NCBI GenBank assembly: GCA_964019425.1
Contig: OZ025795.1
Coordinates: forward strand, 1,178,001 to 1,242,000
Source of the DNA: Flectonema sp. DT1601
Lineage: Eukaryota
Length of the DNA stretch: 64,000 nucleotides
Direction of reading: 5' to 3'
The notes beneath the pieces are model-generated. The model was given only the letters and a program-made list of their open reading frames with translations, searched no databases and was not told where the DNA came from. The translations under genes were made by a program, and so were the position numbers. Below are positions 1 to 12,594 of this stretch, piece by piece. Each line of letters begins with the position of its first letter. The stretch's first letter is position 1.

Positions 1-184
1 TATTATTCCTTGGTCAGCAACCATCATTGTCGCCCTTTGGGCCTGTTAAAAAAAAAAAAAAAAAAAAAGATAGTTTACATCGGGAATAGGGCAGGAGCCA
101 AAAGCTCCCAGTCCGTTACTTCCCACTTTATCGAAATTCAGATCATCCTCCCCAGCGACAGGGCAGGACAAAGGGAACGGTTCC

Positions 185-728
185 ATGTCGGGAGGCTCCT
201 TGGGGAGTCCAGGGACGTCGGACATGGAAGCGGAAGAACAGACAGAAGAAATGGACCAGTCCGTAGACCCGTCGGCAGCAGAAACCTCAGGCGAAAACCA
301 TCACCTGGCCGAGGACCTGCAAGCCGAGGATGGGGACAAGCTGGACGAGACGTCCCACCACTCAGGAGAGCCACCGTCGTCAGACGGCATGGACGGAGTG
401 GAGGGGTTGAAAAACCCGGAAGACTCACAGTCGGAGATGGAAGTCGACGGAGAAAATGTGACGGAAGGGTCAGTAATCCAGTACGTCGAGGAGACGTCAG
501 AGGATGTGGTCCAGGTGGCAGCTCAGGTAAACAGCAGGCGAGGAGGAGGTACAGGAAGGGAGAAGAGAGGGAGAGGATAGAGGTTCTCTCCCCAGACCCG
601 AGCAGGAAAGCGAAGAGGAAGAGACGCAAGCAGAAGGAACCGGAGCCAGTGGAGGGCACCACGAGGGAACAGGCGCCGCGGAGTTACAACAGGAAACCCA
701 CACTGTGTCGGGTAGGTAAGGGAGACTC
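185..728 (+). mobile_element. Possible 5' fragment of a retroelement gag/ORF1-like acidic-then-basic low-complexity ORF, frameshifted near 580
   Basis: GA-rich island between poly(A) tracts (47-68, ~729-738). Acidic ORF 185-580 continues as a K/R-rich stretch in another frame. No catalytic motif. Confidence 0.3.
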
Positions 729-920
729 AAAAAAAAAACAATGATAACATTGTTTATTCTTTTTTTTTTTTTTTTTTTTTTTTTAACCTTTTTATTATTT
801 TTTAAAGAAAAAACAATCAGTTTAGCGTCTTGACCAGGACGGAAAATAGAAAGTGATCGACATAGTCGATCGATAAAAAAACAATGATAACATTGTTTAT
901 TCTTTTTTTTTATTTTTTAA

Positions 921-2637
921 CCCTTTAAGCCCTGAAGGCCACTATAGTGGCCTTTCGCGTTTTTTTTTTTTTGACAAAGGGGAAAAATGTACCTTGTGAG
1001 TACAAGGGTGGAGCCAGAGCTGCCCAAAAACGACAAATTTTATGTGGGATCGTGCTGCAAAAATCACCAGCTTTTTCTGAGAAAAAGTTCATTTTTTTTT
1101 TTCTGCACTGGGAACAGTCTTAGCCAGGTTGCCCATGACTATCCCATGTTTTCAGCCAAAAATTAAAATCCCTAAAACTATTTCCATCGAAAATGATTCA
1201 GTAGGGTCACCTATCCCAGATTCGGGTGCTCCTGAGTCTTCTTCGAGCGATGAAAAGAGTACAATAGAGCCAAGCATTTCCCCTCTGAAATGGAGCAAGA
1301 AAATCACCAAGGTAAGACGACACACGTTTCGGCGGTCCTTGCAGGACATGTCAGACCTGAAATTGATGAAGGAACTGCAGAAATTTGAACTTGTGTTCAC
1401 CCCAAAGGTGATGAGATGATTTCGCACTGCAGCAACAACTAGGCACTCAATCTTAACGTAGCTGAACTCAAACTCTCTTTAGGACTCAATATCCTCGTGG
1501 GTCTCTGTGATAAGCCAAATATCTCAGATTACAGGAACGGTACATCAGACCCAGCGTACACACCCCACTTCGCTTCCTGAGATCGGTTCCTCTAAATTCG
1601 AACCAATCTAAAGTTTTACACTGTCACCAACCCCGTACCTACTGACAAGCTCTACAAAATCCGCAGCTTTTGGGAAACAATAGTTCCCAAATGGTCCGAG
1701 ATTAATAAGGCGGAGGCGCAGGGACGGGTGGAGAAGTTCTCTGCCTCGTACTTTCAGTCCTAGCACAATGTGCATCACATAAATTCAGGGACAATCCAAA
1801 AGAAGTACATATCTTCAGCACATTGCCTCTCGAGGAGAATTATGAGACAGCCACGTGATGGACTAAAATAAGGAAATCTATCAAAAAGTGACTATCGACT
1901 TACTGGTACAGATCCATCAGTACAACAAACTGATGGGTGGTGTTGACCTCGTAGACGGTATCAGGGGGAAGGCAAGAAGAACTCTGATGACAAAACGCTG
2001 GACCCTGAAAGTCTTTCACTACTTGTTAGAGATTTCTATCTTCAATGTTTTCACCCTCCAAAAGAAGTCTGAAAAAGACGTCGGGACATATGCTCAGTTC
2101 AAAAAGAGGCTATGTTCTCAACTTATTGTTCACGGAACACACCAAACTCACACAAAATGTCACTACCTACGAAAATTCGGTATTTTTGGGGACTGCAGTT
2201 CACGGGTTTGTTCTCAAAAAAAGTAACGTCATCGATTTCTTGTTCAAAAAGCGAGGTTTTCTTATGCATGGATCCCTGCTTCGAACAATATCACGAAAAT
2301 ATTGACAAGTATTCAGCCCCTGTTTGCAACAACCATACCTTTGCTACACACAATCATATCCCACCGAAAAACATGAAACGGAAGCACTCTACTCCTACAA
2401 CATTGCCAAAATCAAAGCGAACCCGGGGGTCCTAAGTAACAGTGTTTTTTTAGGCTGTTGTTGCATTTTCTCAAGTTATTTTGGCCCCCTTGCGGGCTGA
2501 CCTCAGTTTTTTTTCAATGCGCGGGGGGGTGTCTTTCACCCTGTAATTTTTTTGTATTTTTCCCCACACCCCTTTTCTCCTTTGTCAATTTTTTCGATTT
2601 TTCTCAAAAACAGGGTTTTTAGCCTCTTATTAGAGGG
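921..2637 (+). mobile_element. Degenerate, internally deleted piggyBac DNA transposon
   Basis: TTAA at 917-920 and 2638-2641. Termini CCCTTTAA...TTAGAGGG. Subterminal IR TTGACAAAGGGGAAAA (971-986) / TTTTCTCCTTTGTCAA (2573-2588). Transposase remnants inside. Confidence 0.88.
1888..2435 (+). pseudogene. piggyBac transposase C-terminal remnant
   Basis: YNKLMGGVDLVD...KRWTLKVFHYLLEISIFN is the PGBD signature. The Cys-rich tail CSKSEVFLCMDPCFEQYH lies in another frame. Confidence 0.85.
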
Positions 2638-2667
2638 TTAAAGAAAAAAAAAAAAAAAAAAAAAAAA

Positions 2668-4133
2668 AGCATGAATGAGAGAAATTTCTCATCGCTTTTT
2701 TTGAACAAAAGGGATAGAAGAGGGGATAGAAAACGAACATAACAATAAAATTCTAAGTGAGAAACACTTAGCAGAAACACTTAGCAGCTTTTAAGGAGCT
2801 GAAAAGCAAAAAAAAAATCTAAGTGAGAAACACTTAGTAGAAACAATTTGTAGCTAATTAAGCTGAAAATAAAAAAATAAAAAATTTCTAAGTGAGAAAT
2901 ACTTAGCAACTTTTAGAACAAATATTTCAGTAAATAACCTGTAATGATTAAACCATTACAGGTTTGATGCCAAAACTGACAAGGACTGAGTTGAATTACC
3001 AGGTGAGATTTGGACTGTTAGCTTTTGGCTAAGGCCCTCCCTGAAGAGCAAGAACAAAACTACTCACTTTGTGTGGGCGGTTTTTCGAAACTTTGTGTGT
3101 GGAGGTTGTGGTTTTTTAAAACTTTGTGTGTGGAGCTGGCTGGTTTTTTGTAATGTGAGGTTGTAGTTTTTTAAAACTTTGTGTGGAGCTGGCAGTTTTT
3201 CGAAACTTTGTGTGTGGAGCTGGCTGGTTTTTTAGAAACTTTGTGTGTGGAGCTGGCTGGTTTTTTGTAATGTGAGGTTGTAGTTTTTTAAAACTTTGTG
3301 TGGAGCTGGCAGTTTTTCGAAACTTTGTGTGTGGAGCTGGCTGGTTTTTTAGAAACTTTGTGTGTGGAGCTGGCTGTTTTTTAAAATCTTTGTGTGGAGC
3401 TGGCGGTTTTTTGAAACTTTGTGTGTGGAGCTGGTGGTTTTTTAGAAACTTTGTGTGGAGCTGGCTGTTTTTTAAAATCTTTGTGTGGAGCTGGCGGTTT
3501 TTTGAAACTTTGTGTGTGGAGCTGGTGGTTTTTTAGAAACTTTGTGTGGAGCTGGCTGTTTTTTAAAATCTTTGTGTGGAGCTGGCGGTTTTTTGAAACT
3601 TTGTGTGTGTAGGTTGTGGTTTTTTAAAACTTTGTGTGGAGCTGGCTGGTTTTTTAAAACTTTGTGTGTGGAGCTGGTTGTTTTTTGAAACTTTGTGTGG
3701 AGCTGGCTGTTTTTTGAAACTTTGTGTGGAGCTGGCTGTTTTTTAAAACTTTGTGTGTGGAGGTGGTGGTTTTTTAAAGCTAACAGTCCAAATCTCACCT
3801 GGTAATTCAACTCAGTCCTTGTCAGTTTTGGCATCAAACCTGTAATGGTTTAATCATTACAGGTTATTTACTGAAATATTTGTTCTAAAAGTTGCTAAGT
3901 ATTTCTCACTTAGAAATTTTTTATTTTTTTATTTTCAGCTTAATTAGCTACAAATTGTTTCTACTAAGTGTTTCTCACTTAGATTTTTTTTTTGCTTTTC
4001 AGCTCCTTAAAAGCTGCTAAGTGTTTCTGCTAAGTGTTTCTCACTTAGAATTTTATTGTTATGTTCGTTTTCTATCCCCTCTTCTATCCCTTTTGTTCAA
4101 AAAAAGCGATGAGAAATTTCTCTCATTCATGCT
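2668..4133. mobile_element. Foldback-type structure: ~358-bp inverted arms (2668-3025 / 3776-4133) around a tandem array
   Basis: Arms read as exact reverse complements by eye (AGCATGAATGAGAG...GGACTGTTAGCTTT vs AAAGCTAACAGTCC...CTCATTCATGCT). Confidence 0.8.
3067..3775 (+). repeat. Minisatellite of ~29-31-bp units (AAACTTTGTGTG(TG)GAGCTGGCTG(G)TTTTTT-like), roughly two dozen copies
   Basis: Directly visible tandem repeat with higher-order variants. Confidence 0.95.
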
Positions 4134-5479
4134 AAGATGCACTCTGAACTTTGATTTTTTGATCTGAGTGTGAGGGAATGACCTGTTAGTGCATTGGGCA
4201 TAAGCTGGGCTGCAGTTTAGATGTCTTAGGTGTTAATAAGGGGTTCCTCTTAGCATTTTTCTTTGTTCCCACCTTATGATTTTCTTGAAGAAAAAAAATA
4301 GAAGTCATAATGGTGCTTCCCTCTGGAAGGGTTGTAAGCCATGGTGTCCACCGACAGGAGCGCTACCAACTTCAGCGCCTCCTGCTGCTCAGTCATACCA
4401 ACAACTCCAACCGACTCCACCGAGGTTATTTGTAGTGTCAAATGTGAGTTTTGAGGAAGTTGGGAGCGGCATAGGGGCAGTGAACTTTTGATTCAGGCCC
4501 TCCACCGCACACGCGATGCGCCGGTCCAAAGTCCGGAACCTCACCACAAGCGATGGTCAGGAAGGGTGATGGGTCACTGGGCACAAGCGATGCATTTAGT
4601 AGTCAAAGTGACATGTATGGCAAACTGAACAGGTTTGACATCGCACAGCACACCAGCACCAATGGTACCATCTGGATATCACTCACTTTTTTCACTAGAA
4701 TTCACACATTTTCACACATTTTCACAGGATTTCACTCAGAAAACAGCAAAAAATTAAGTGAAAAATCGTGAATTTTCGTGTAGCAAAGTGAAAAATCGTG
4801 AACATCTCCACCCTGCCAATCGCCTCAATCCAGTCGCAAAATGAACAAAGATAATCTCAAGGGTTCTCGTCCCTTGGCTCTCCCTGCGCTAGCATCACAA
4901 GGGGGGTGACGCTAAACACCGATTTCGCACGCCGAAGGAAGGAAGGCAAATCCATACTCGCCAAGCAGGTGGGCGGTCATAAGAATTGCACACGGACGAA
5001 ATAGAGATCTTGCTGGGAATAATGGGAGACGTCGACCACCCTTGGTGAAGGAATTCCAGAGACATCAAGATGAAGAAGTACACCGTCCACTCAATCAAAA
5101 GAGGTGCGATCACTGTTGGAGATTATGGCATCGGAAGACGAGGCAAAGGGACAGAAATACTGATGAGCAGGCTGGTGTCGGACACAACACTCAGGTACGG
5201 TGGAAATCCAATCGATCCCTGGTTAGCCACTCAATAAAAGAACTGATCCTGAAAAAGGACTACCCCAGCGCGGTGAACCTATCTAAGATTAGGATAGGGT
5301 CACATGAATTTCCTTAGTATCTGTTCTGCCAGTTGTGCGTATTACTTTAAATTCTTTATTCAGGTACTGTACAGACAGGGAAAGCAAATTACTCCATCTT
5401 TTTTATAAATACAGTATAAATATGTTCAAACAGTCTCACACCACATATTTGCTTTCGCAGTACCAAATAGTTGAATAAA

Positions 5480-6470
5480 ATGACTGATCGCATATCGTGT
5501 ATCGATTTTTTAAGACGCTTTTTGACGTTCTGCGTCGCATGCAGCTGTCTGGCGTGTTTTGTGGGATGCATCTTCTTGATAGACACAAGTGTAAAGGATG
5601 ATGATTCCGATGCAAATGAAAGGGAGAAAGGGTTTTCTGTTATGACATACATATTTTATATGATGATAAGTATGATTTTGTTTTTAGTGGAATGGGAACC
5701 ACTTTGGATGTTTAACTACGCTCTATTCCTGCACTACTGGCCAGGGAGAGGGGTCACTCAGATCTACCTTGGGACGCTTTTGCTTCATGCTGCAACTACC
5801 ATTGATAAAAAGCACGACGGCACTATGGGCCTGGAGGCTGACAAACTCAAAACCATAATTGAGATATTTGGCTGGTGCTTTGTTGGCTGCGGAGGGATTT
5901 ACCTGCTACTTGGCTTGTGTTGTTTACGAGGCGAAGACGATGTCGCCACTCGTCTTCGAGGCGACAACAAAGAAAAGGACGAGGAAGAAAAATACAAGCA
6001 GCGGCAGGATGTTGCTATGTCAGCGGGGGTATGTTAGTTTTTTAATGCGTCAGTTAGGGCTTCCCTAACTTAATAATAACAAACAGACTACCACTCAACA
6101 TCTCACAATGTTGCGGACTATGCAAAGCGCGGGTGTTCCTCATTTGGATCAGGCAATTGCGAATTTGGTAGAGACAGTTGAGAATCAGAAAGCCGAACCG
6201 AGAGGGGTGACCGGTTGGTTTAAAAAGAAATTTTCAAAAAAAGAAAATGGAACGAAGGAAGAAAGGCAAGATTTCAAAGCTGTCGTAACACATCCGCCGG
6301 AGGCAGAGCTCTCGACACATAAAAATGGATCGCCAGCACCTGGATTTTCAAGTCAACCTCCAATGGCACCTCCTCAAAGAACAGCCGATGACGATATTCA
6401 CAAACGTAGACAAGACGAAGATGATGCTCTGGAAAGAGAGTATATGAGACGCACAGCTCAAAATTACTAA
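5480..6470 (+). CDS. COPI-associated / TVP15-like Golgi membrane protein, 2 exons (intron 6029-6086)
   Basis: Several hydrophobic segments and FLHYWPGRGVTQIYLG motif. Phase-0 intron GTATGT...CTAAC...CAG joins ORF 5471-6037 in frame to ORF 6108-6470. Confidence 0.75.
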
Positions 6471-7537
6471 AACAAAAAAAAATAAAAAAACATTTTGTTA
6501 TCGGTGTGGAAAGTAATTAAAACTCTCTGAACTCACTCTTGGAAAATAAGAAACTTGATTGATGTCCCCTTCAATTTTATCCCCGAGCAAGTACTACAAG
6601 GTAATTGACAATACGAATCTTATTATACTCTCGGATCAGGTTACGGTTCGTCCATTTTGTATTGTACTCTTGTTCTTTACATACTTTACGTACTTCCTGA
6701 AACAACTACTTTAGGCATAAACAAAAAATGAAGAAATTTCATATGGATTCTTCTATTAATTTCTGTTCCTTTTCTCCTGTATTTGAAGAAATTATAGGGA
6801 AACCGTTTTGTGTTTATTTTGTTATTAGAAAATATCGCAAGGGGGGTAGGACTTTCATTTTCGCTGTTAGCTGGTACGTAAAGCGCTTTAATGACCCTAC
6901 TGAGAACTTTCCGTGTTCGTTGTGTGAAGGTACATCAACATTGTGCAGTTTAATGTTGACCAAACAAGGTAATAGTTTTTTTTTTTTTTTTTTTTTTTAA
7001 TGCGAAGGTTTTCAGTGAATTGCCAAAAATCCCTTTTTATTTATTTATTTATTTATTTTTCTTAAAATAATTGGGGCAACTTTTTCGATCCTATCCACTT
7101 CGAAAATATTTGTCTCGACTACATCTTTTGAATTTAAAACAAGACTTGCTGTCTTCTTGTGTAGTCAATTGTGATATTTGGTAGTTAGAGTCCGATTAAA
7201 TAGACAAATTAAACATCAACCATAGTCAACGTGCATTTTTTACGTTGCAATAATTTAGTACAATTTTATGTTATGTTTTGGCACCCGACTGAACTAATTT
7301 TTTATTTTTATTTTTTTTATATTCTTTTGAATCTTTTTTTTTTTATTTACCCGGAGAGTTAGATTCCCTTTTGGTTAAAAAAAAACGAAATAATTGCAAA
7401 ATGATTACAATTCTGAAAGAAGATATGTACTCTCTGAGCGTTTACATAACCGGTACACGGTTGCCTGTTGGTACGTTCTCTGATAACCAGAAGACAACCA
7501 ATTTATAAAGCGATCATAATTTTTTCACCCCCGTCGC

Positions 7538-7719
7538 TACTTCTACACCATAACTGATGATGAGAGAATAGAGGTAAAGAGGTATATGAATTACTGTCGA
7601 AACCTAAATAGTTACTTCAAAAGGCTGAGTTAAGCATCACCACAGTTCACTGTATTTTTTTAACACATTTGTTATATTATCGTTTATATGTTAATATGAT
7701 ACAATACAGTTGTATTTTA
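7538..7719 (+). repeat. Dispersed repeat family A (other copies ~10090-10234, ~56875-56935, ~57520-57664)
   Basis: Shared CTTCTACACCATAACTGAT...TTACTTCAAAAGGCT...GCATCACC...TTCACTGTAT blocks. Confidence 0.8.
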
Positions 7720-8087
7720 GAAATTTAAACATTCGACCCCCCCCGTCGCTTTTTTTTTGTTTTTTCCCCCTTTTCGGAGCAATAATCCGATGCACGTCGT
7801 TTTCTTTTTTTTGTTTGTTGATAAGGCAAAAAAAGTTTTTTTTTTTTGAAAGAAAACTATTATATATTCTAGCCGCATTTCGCAAGTGATTTATTAGCAG
7901 TCATTCTACACAGATCAATGTACACTTACTTTTTTGCTTAACAGTTTACCTCATCAGCATCTCCCAGCTGTGTTTTTACATCAGGCTGTAACATTAATCG
8001 CAAATAGGTATCTTAAGTAGACTAAATCATTACTGTTATTTATTTTTTTTAATTCATTGAAATTTCACTACAGATCCGTCTCTCAAA

Positions 8088-8993
8088 ATGACAAAGAAAG
8101 GTCAAGCAGAACTGAAGGAAGAGTTCGCCTACAGTTCGACTGATGTATTTCAAATGCTGTTTGGAGATGAGATGTTTGTGAAGTTCCACTCTGTTGAGAA
8201 GAGAGAAGATGTTGAAATAACACAAACATGGAGACGGATACCAAAAGTTAAGACACAACAATATGAAAGAGAAGGTAAATACATATACGGAGAATCACGA
8301 GTTCTAAAACAAGGTTCTTCAACAGTCAGTGTTAGAGAAGTTGCTGAGAAAGATGTTGATGGAATATGGAGTATTAAAAGTTCATTTAGGAATTGTGGAG
8401 GTCCATTAGCAACATCGACTATTGTTGATGCTCTGTACGTAATAACACCATCGAAACTTAATAATTCTCATTGTACAGCAACTTGTACAATTGAGTATTC
8501 TTATGATCTCAGTTCGGTAAGTTGGATGTTAAGACCAGCTGTTGATATGGTAGTCAGCAGTGAGATGAAAGGAATCCCACGGAGGATGTTCTCCTTCGCA
8601 GCGAGTAACCCGTGTACTGGTAATGCTGCGGATGTTATTTTATACATTGATAGCTCATCTGGTTCTGTTAATCAAGTAGCTGATAATTGTGCTACTGATC
8701 CTACTGTTAGTGAAATTCAAACTCCTCCTGCAGCTCCTGAACCCGAATCAGAACATGTTGCGGTGAGTGTGTCACACAGCGCTGGCAGTCCGTCTTCTCG
8801 CCGTCTCTCAGTTTCAATAAAATCTCCCAGAAGTCGTTGCTCTGAAGAGCTACTCAATAATCCTGTAGCTACACAGCGAACGTTCTCTTCTATTTCTTCT
8901 TCAGTTTCAAAGAGAAGAGGGAAGTCGCTATTCCTTATTACCGTAATATTTGTTTTCTGGATGAGCGCAGCAATGGTTGGGTCTTCTGGTTAG
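8088..8993 (+). CDS. Probable VASt (StART-like lipid-transfer) domain protein with C-terminal TM anchor
   Basis: 301-aa ORF. N-terminal VFQMLFGDEMFVKFH...DVEITQTW resembles VASt, then an S-rich linker and a hydrophobic tail. Confidence 0.6.
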   Translation: MTKKGQAELKEEFAYSSTDVFQMLFGDEMFVKFHSVEKREDVEITQTWRRIPKVKTQQYEREGKYIYGESRVLKQGSSTVSVREVAEKDVDGIWSIKSSFRNCGGPLATSTIVDALYVITPSKLNNSHCTATCTIEYSYDLSSVSWMLRPAVDMVVSSEMKGIPRRMFSFAASNPCTGNAADVILYIDSSSGSVNQVADNCATDPTVSEIQTPPAAPEPESEHVAVSVSHSAGSPSSRRLSVSIKSPRSRCSEELLNNPVATQRTFSSISSSVSKRRGKSLFLITVIFVFWMSAAMVGSSG

Positions 8994-10415
8994 GAGTTAA
9001 AGTTTCTGCCTCGCAGTGGGAACCACTCATCTATATAATCAAATTGTAACAAAAAAGTATAGTTGTTTCTTTATTTTAATCAATACTAGTCTTTGTACTC
9101 TGAGTTAAGAATTAATAATACAACATACACTAATGTCTCTGGCTTTTTCCCTACCTCGCTATGTCTATTACTTATTTGTTACACTTTTTTTAACCTTATT
9201 CATTTTCTTTAATTTGCTTTTTTTTATTTTTATAAACTCCTCTTTTTTTTTTGTGTTGGGATTATTTTAGCTTTTGATCGACTTTTTTCTGTAGTGGAAA
9301 TGTCGCTCCTATTTTTTGGAATTTAAAACGATTGTTGGTATTTATGTGTTACTGTGGGGGATCAGTGTTGAATTGAAATAATAGTTTAGATATTTAAAAA
9401 AACATGTTATAGAAGCAGTGGAAGATGTTTTATTTATTTTTTTTGTAGGTGAGTTGCTTTTCTGGCCACTTTTCTTCTTCTTCTTCTTCACGTAGGGATG
9501 CAACCTCCTTTGTTCTGTATTTTGCCTGATTTACGTCTGTAAACCTTCGCTAATGTTTAATAAATATTTTATTGTTAATGTACACATTTAAAGCATTGTA
9601 TGTTAATGACTGTAAGAAACTTATTGTGTCGATGATTTAGTGTTTCTGTTTTAGTTGCTTCTGGCCTCTTTCTTCGTTCTCTATCTTTAGTCTGAAGCTG
9701 ATGGTACCGCCTGGCCTCTTCCTCAGTTATATGTCTGTTTGCTCAATTCTGTAAAGATATTTATTGTGTCAGAATCCGTATTGATTTATTCAGCAGTCTC
9801 CGTTACTTCTAATTGGTGGCCATCGTTTTTCTAACTCGGTTACGACGTTTTTATCTGGAGAAAGAAAAAAAAAAAAAAAAGCGTCAACAATATTTAAGTG
9901 TCTTTTTTGTTTATTGCTATGCAATAGATTTTCGGTTTTAGGTTAATTTTTTTTTTTCCTCCCTTAAATGGACAACGTGTATATTGTTAACTAATTATCA
10001 CTATTTGTGCGAATTAATTACGTAGGTCAGGCCTGATACATACAAACCCCTGTGAGAAACTAATAGCTGACTTAATAGTTGGCTGGCTTGCTTCTACACC
10101 AAGACTGATGATGGTGATGATGAGAATAGTTACTTCGAAAGGCTAGACTGAGTGTCATCATAGTTCATTGTATCTGTAACAGATATGTTATATTATCGTT
10201 TTATGTGTTATGATACAATGCAGTTTGTATTTTATAAAATCAAACAAATTAACGCTGGGAACTGTTACTGCTTTTTTTTAAAATTCTTTTTTTATATTAT
10301 TTTTTTTTTATTTGAGTCGTTAAATCGGTGAATCAATACTTTAACTATTGCAATCGCTACTGTGTGATGTGAGAGTGCGATGTAATTTTATGTGTGAGGA
10401 GCACACCCAAGTCCG

Positions 10416-10449
<34 letters not shown>

Positions 10450-12594
10450 CATCTGTTTCTATTAATGAAAGCATTGTGTGTTCAATAATCCTCTTCCAAT
10501 TTGTTTTTGTCTTCCACCTTTCTTTTTTTCCCCTTCATTCTCTCTCTTTGGTTCCTTTCTTCCTTCTAGTTCTTTCTAAAAAAAAAAGAGAACCTTAACA
10601 AAAACAGTAATATATGAAATGCAAGTTTTTCCGATGCATTCTAAAACAGTTATTCTCTTCAAGGAGGGGGAAAAAAAACAAAACAAAAGAACAAAACAAA
10701 ACATTATCAATAATAAGGCTGTTCAATAGTTTTGTTCTCCATATCATTGTTGTTGTTTTCTTCAAGGACACTCTATCTCCTAGGCAGATAATCTGCTTTA
10801 GGAAGCAATTTTAGTGTTATGGGCGAACTTGTACAAGGTTATTGACATTAGCCAGTTCACAATTAGTGTTTTATCGTTATTTAGTCTTTCTTAGCCTGCC
10901 GCGAAAAAAAAAAAAACAAAAAAAAAAAAAAAAAACGAATTTCTATCAGGTCTGTTCTGTTTTTATTTTTTATTTTTGTTTATTACTTTTGCTTGAAAAT
11001 GAATTCTCCACCTGTCCCTCTTTGGATGGTGGAGAATCTTTCTTGCTTTGCTGTAGGCCCCCCCTTTTTTTTTTTTTTTTTTGGAGAAGAAGTATTTATC
11101 ATAACTGCTAGTGTTTAGTCAAAAAAAAAAAATTAAGGGTGGTGCCTGCCAGAACTTTCCTCGTCTATCGGAGATCATTTTATCAAGTTCTCTATGGGTA
11201 GTTGACTTTTTTTTTTTTTTTTTTTTTGACACGCGGAATTCATTGTACGGTCTGAATTTCCTCATCGAAGGTTTGTGGGCCCACAAGCGCACTGTTTAAT
11301 GTAAAAAAAGCATGGGGTGCTCAACTTGTAGTATGTGGCCCCAAAACTATTATATTCAACAAAGATACTTATACTAACATTGTTTTAGTTATGTACGCGT
11401 GTAATCTTTACTTTTTTTTAGCTAACTATTCTAAATAAAACTTTAATCTTCTGTCAATTTCTTCAGTTTGACCTTATTACTTATTTTTTATTTATTTATT
11501 TTTTTTTTTTTTTTTTTGAGTATTTTTAAAGTTTATATATTGTTTTTTCTACATTGTCAAAAACTATCACCTCCTATTTATTGTAAACAACAAAATAATT
11601 ATTATTTCTTAAGGGGTACGCTATTTTTCTCTTGCGTTGGTGTGTTTGTGTTTTTTTGATGACTCGGCGGCAACTCGTCGAGTCATCTCCCTGGTAGTGT
11701 GCACCACTTCGGTACCACTTACCATTGTTCATAAAAACACTGTAGCAACTCAATAGGGAGTTCATGGCAGTCACCGAAGGGAAAAAAAAAAAAAAAAAAA
11801 AAATCCTAACACATCGTCACAAATGGTTTGTTTGTAATCACGTAAAAAACCTTCGATAAATTCATCATGTGAATTTCTTATTATGTCAAGAGTGTATTAT
11901 GGTTATTATAACAACGTTACGCTTAGTGTCCTTTCTTTATGAGGTCTGACATCAATAATTTATTTTTTCCCGAAAATTAATACTTCTTTCCATGGAACAC
12001 AATTTCCTAATCTGAGAATGGGAGGTTCGTTTTCTTCAAACAATTAACAAAAAAAAAAAAAAAACAAAACAAAAATAATAATAGAAAAAGAAACACGTTT
12101 CTGAGACTTCATAAAAGTCTCTAAACTGTAGTTGTTAGTACTGTAACAAAGTTCTTTTTCATTATTATTGGAAAAAAATCATCAAAATTGTACATAAAAT
12201 ATTAAATAAAACTATGTTTTACTAAAAAATATCTGTGTTACTACAACACGATCTGACATATATCAACAGAGTACCTGTTAGCCTTATCGCTCTCCTCGAT
12301 TCATGTTCGCGGAATATTGCGTTTTTTTTTTTTTTTTTTTTTTTTTTCCCCCAGCCCCTGAATTTACTATTCAAAATAAAGAAAAAAAAAACTTGTGAAA
12401 TTGCGAATAGTGTTTGCACACTGTTGGGCTACAAAAAAAGTACGGTTTTAAAAAAAAAAATAAAAAAAAAATTCGTTGAATTCGAAACTTGAAAGAAAAA
12501 AAAAAAAAAAAAGGGAAAAGTCAGTTCATGTTTTTTATATTCAAATTAGGTTTTTGTTCTGAAGCAAAATATTTTATTTATCTATTTCAAAAAG

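Noticed and set aside
3067..3775. CRISPR-like array or coding ORFs (3300-3837)
   Set aside because: Units abut with no unique spacers, the context is eukaryotic with no cas genes, and the ORFs are translations of the satellite.
4134..5317. Additional transposon or LINE remnants (e.g. CTCCACCCTG end at ~4813, purine-rich 4860-5300)
   Set aside because: Composition is suggestive, but I found no partner TIR or catalytic motif.
7553..7616. Hammerhead ribozyme in repeat family A (CTGATGA...CGAAAC)
   Set aside because: Core words are present but stems I and III cannot be formed convincingly, and other copies lack one of the motifs.
6728..12492. Many short F/K-rich ORFs in spacers (also 23.9-25.8 kb, 56.6-57.3 kb)
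   Set aside because: They arise from poly(T)/poly(A) tracts and show no coding signal.
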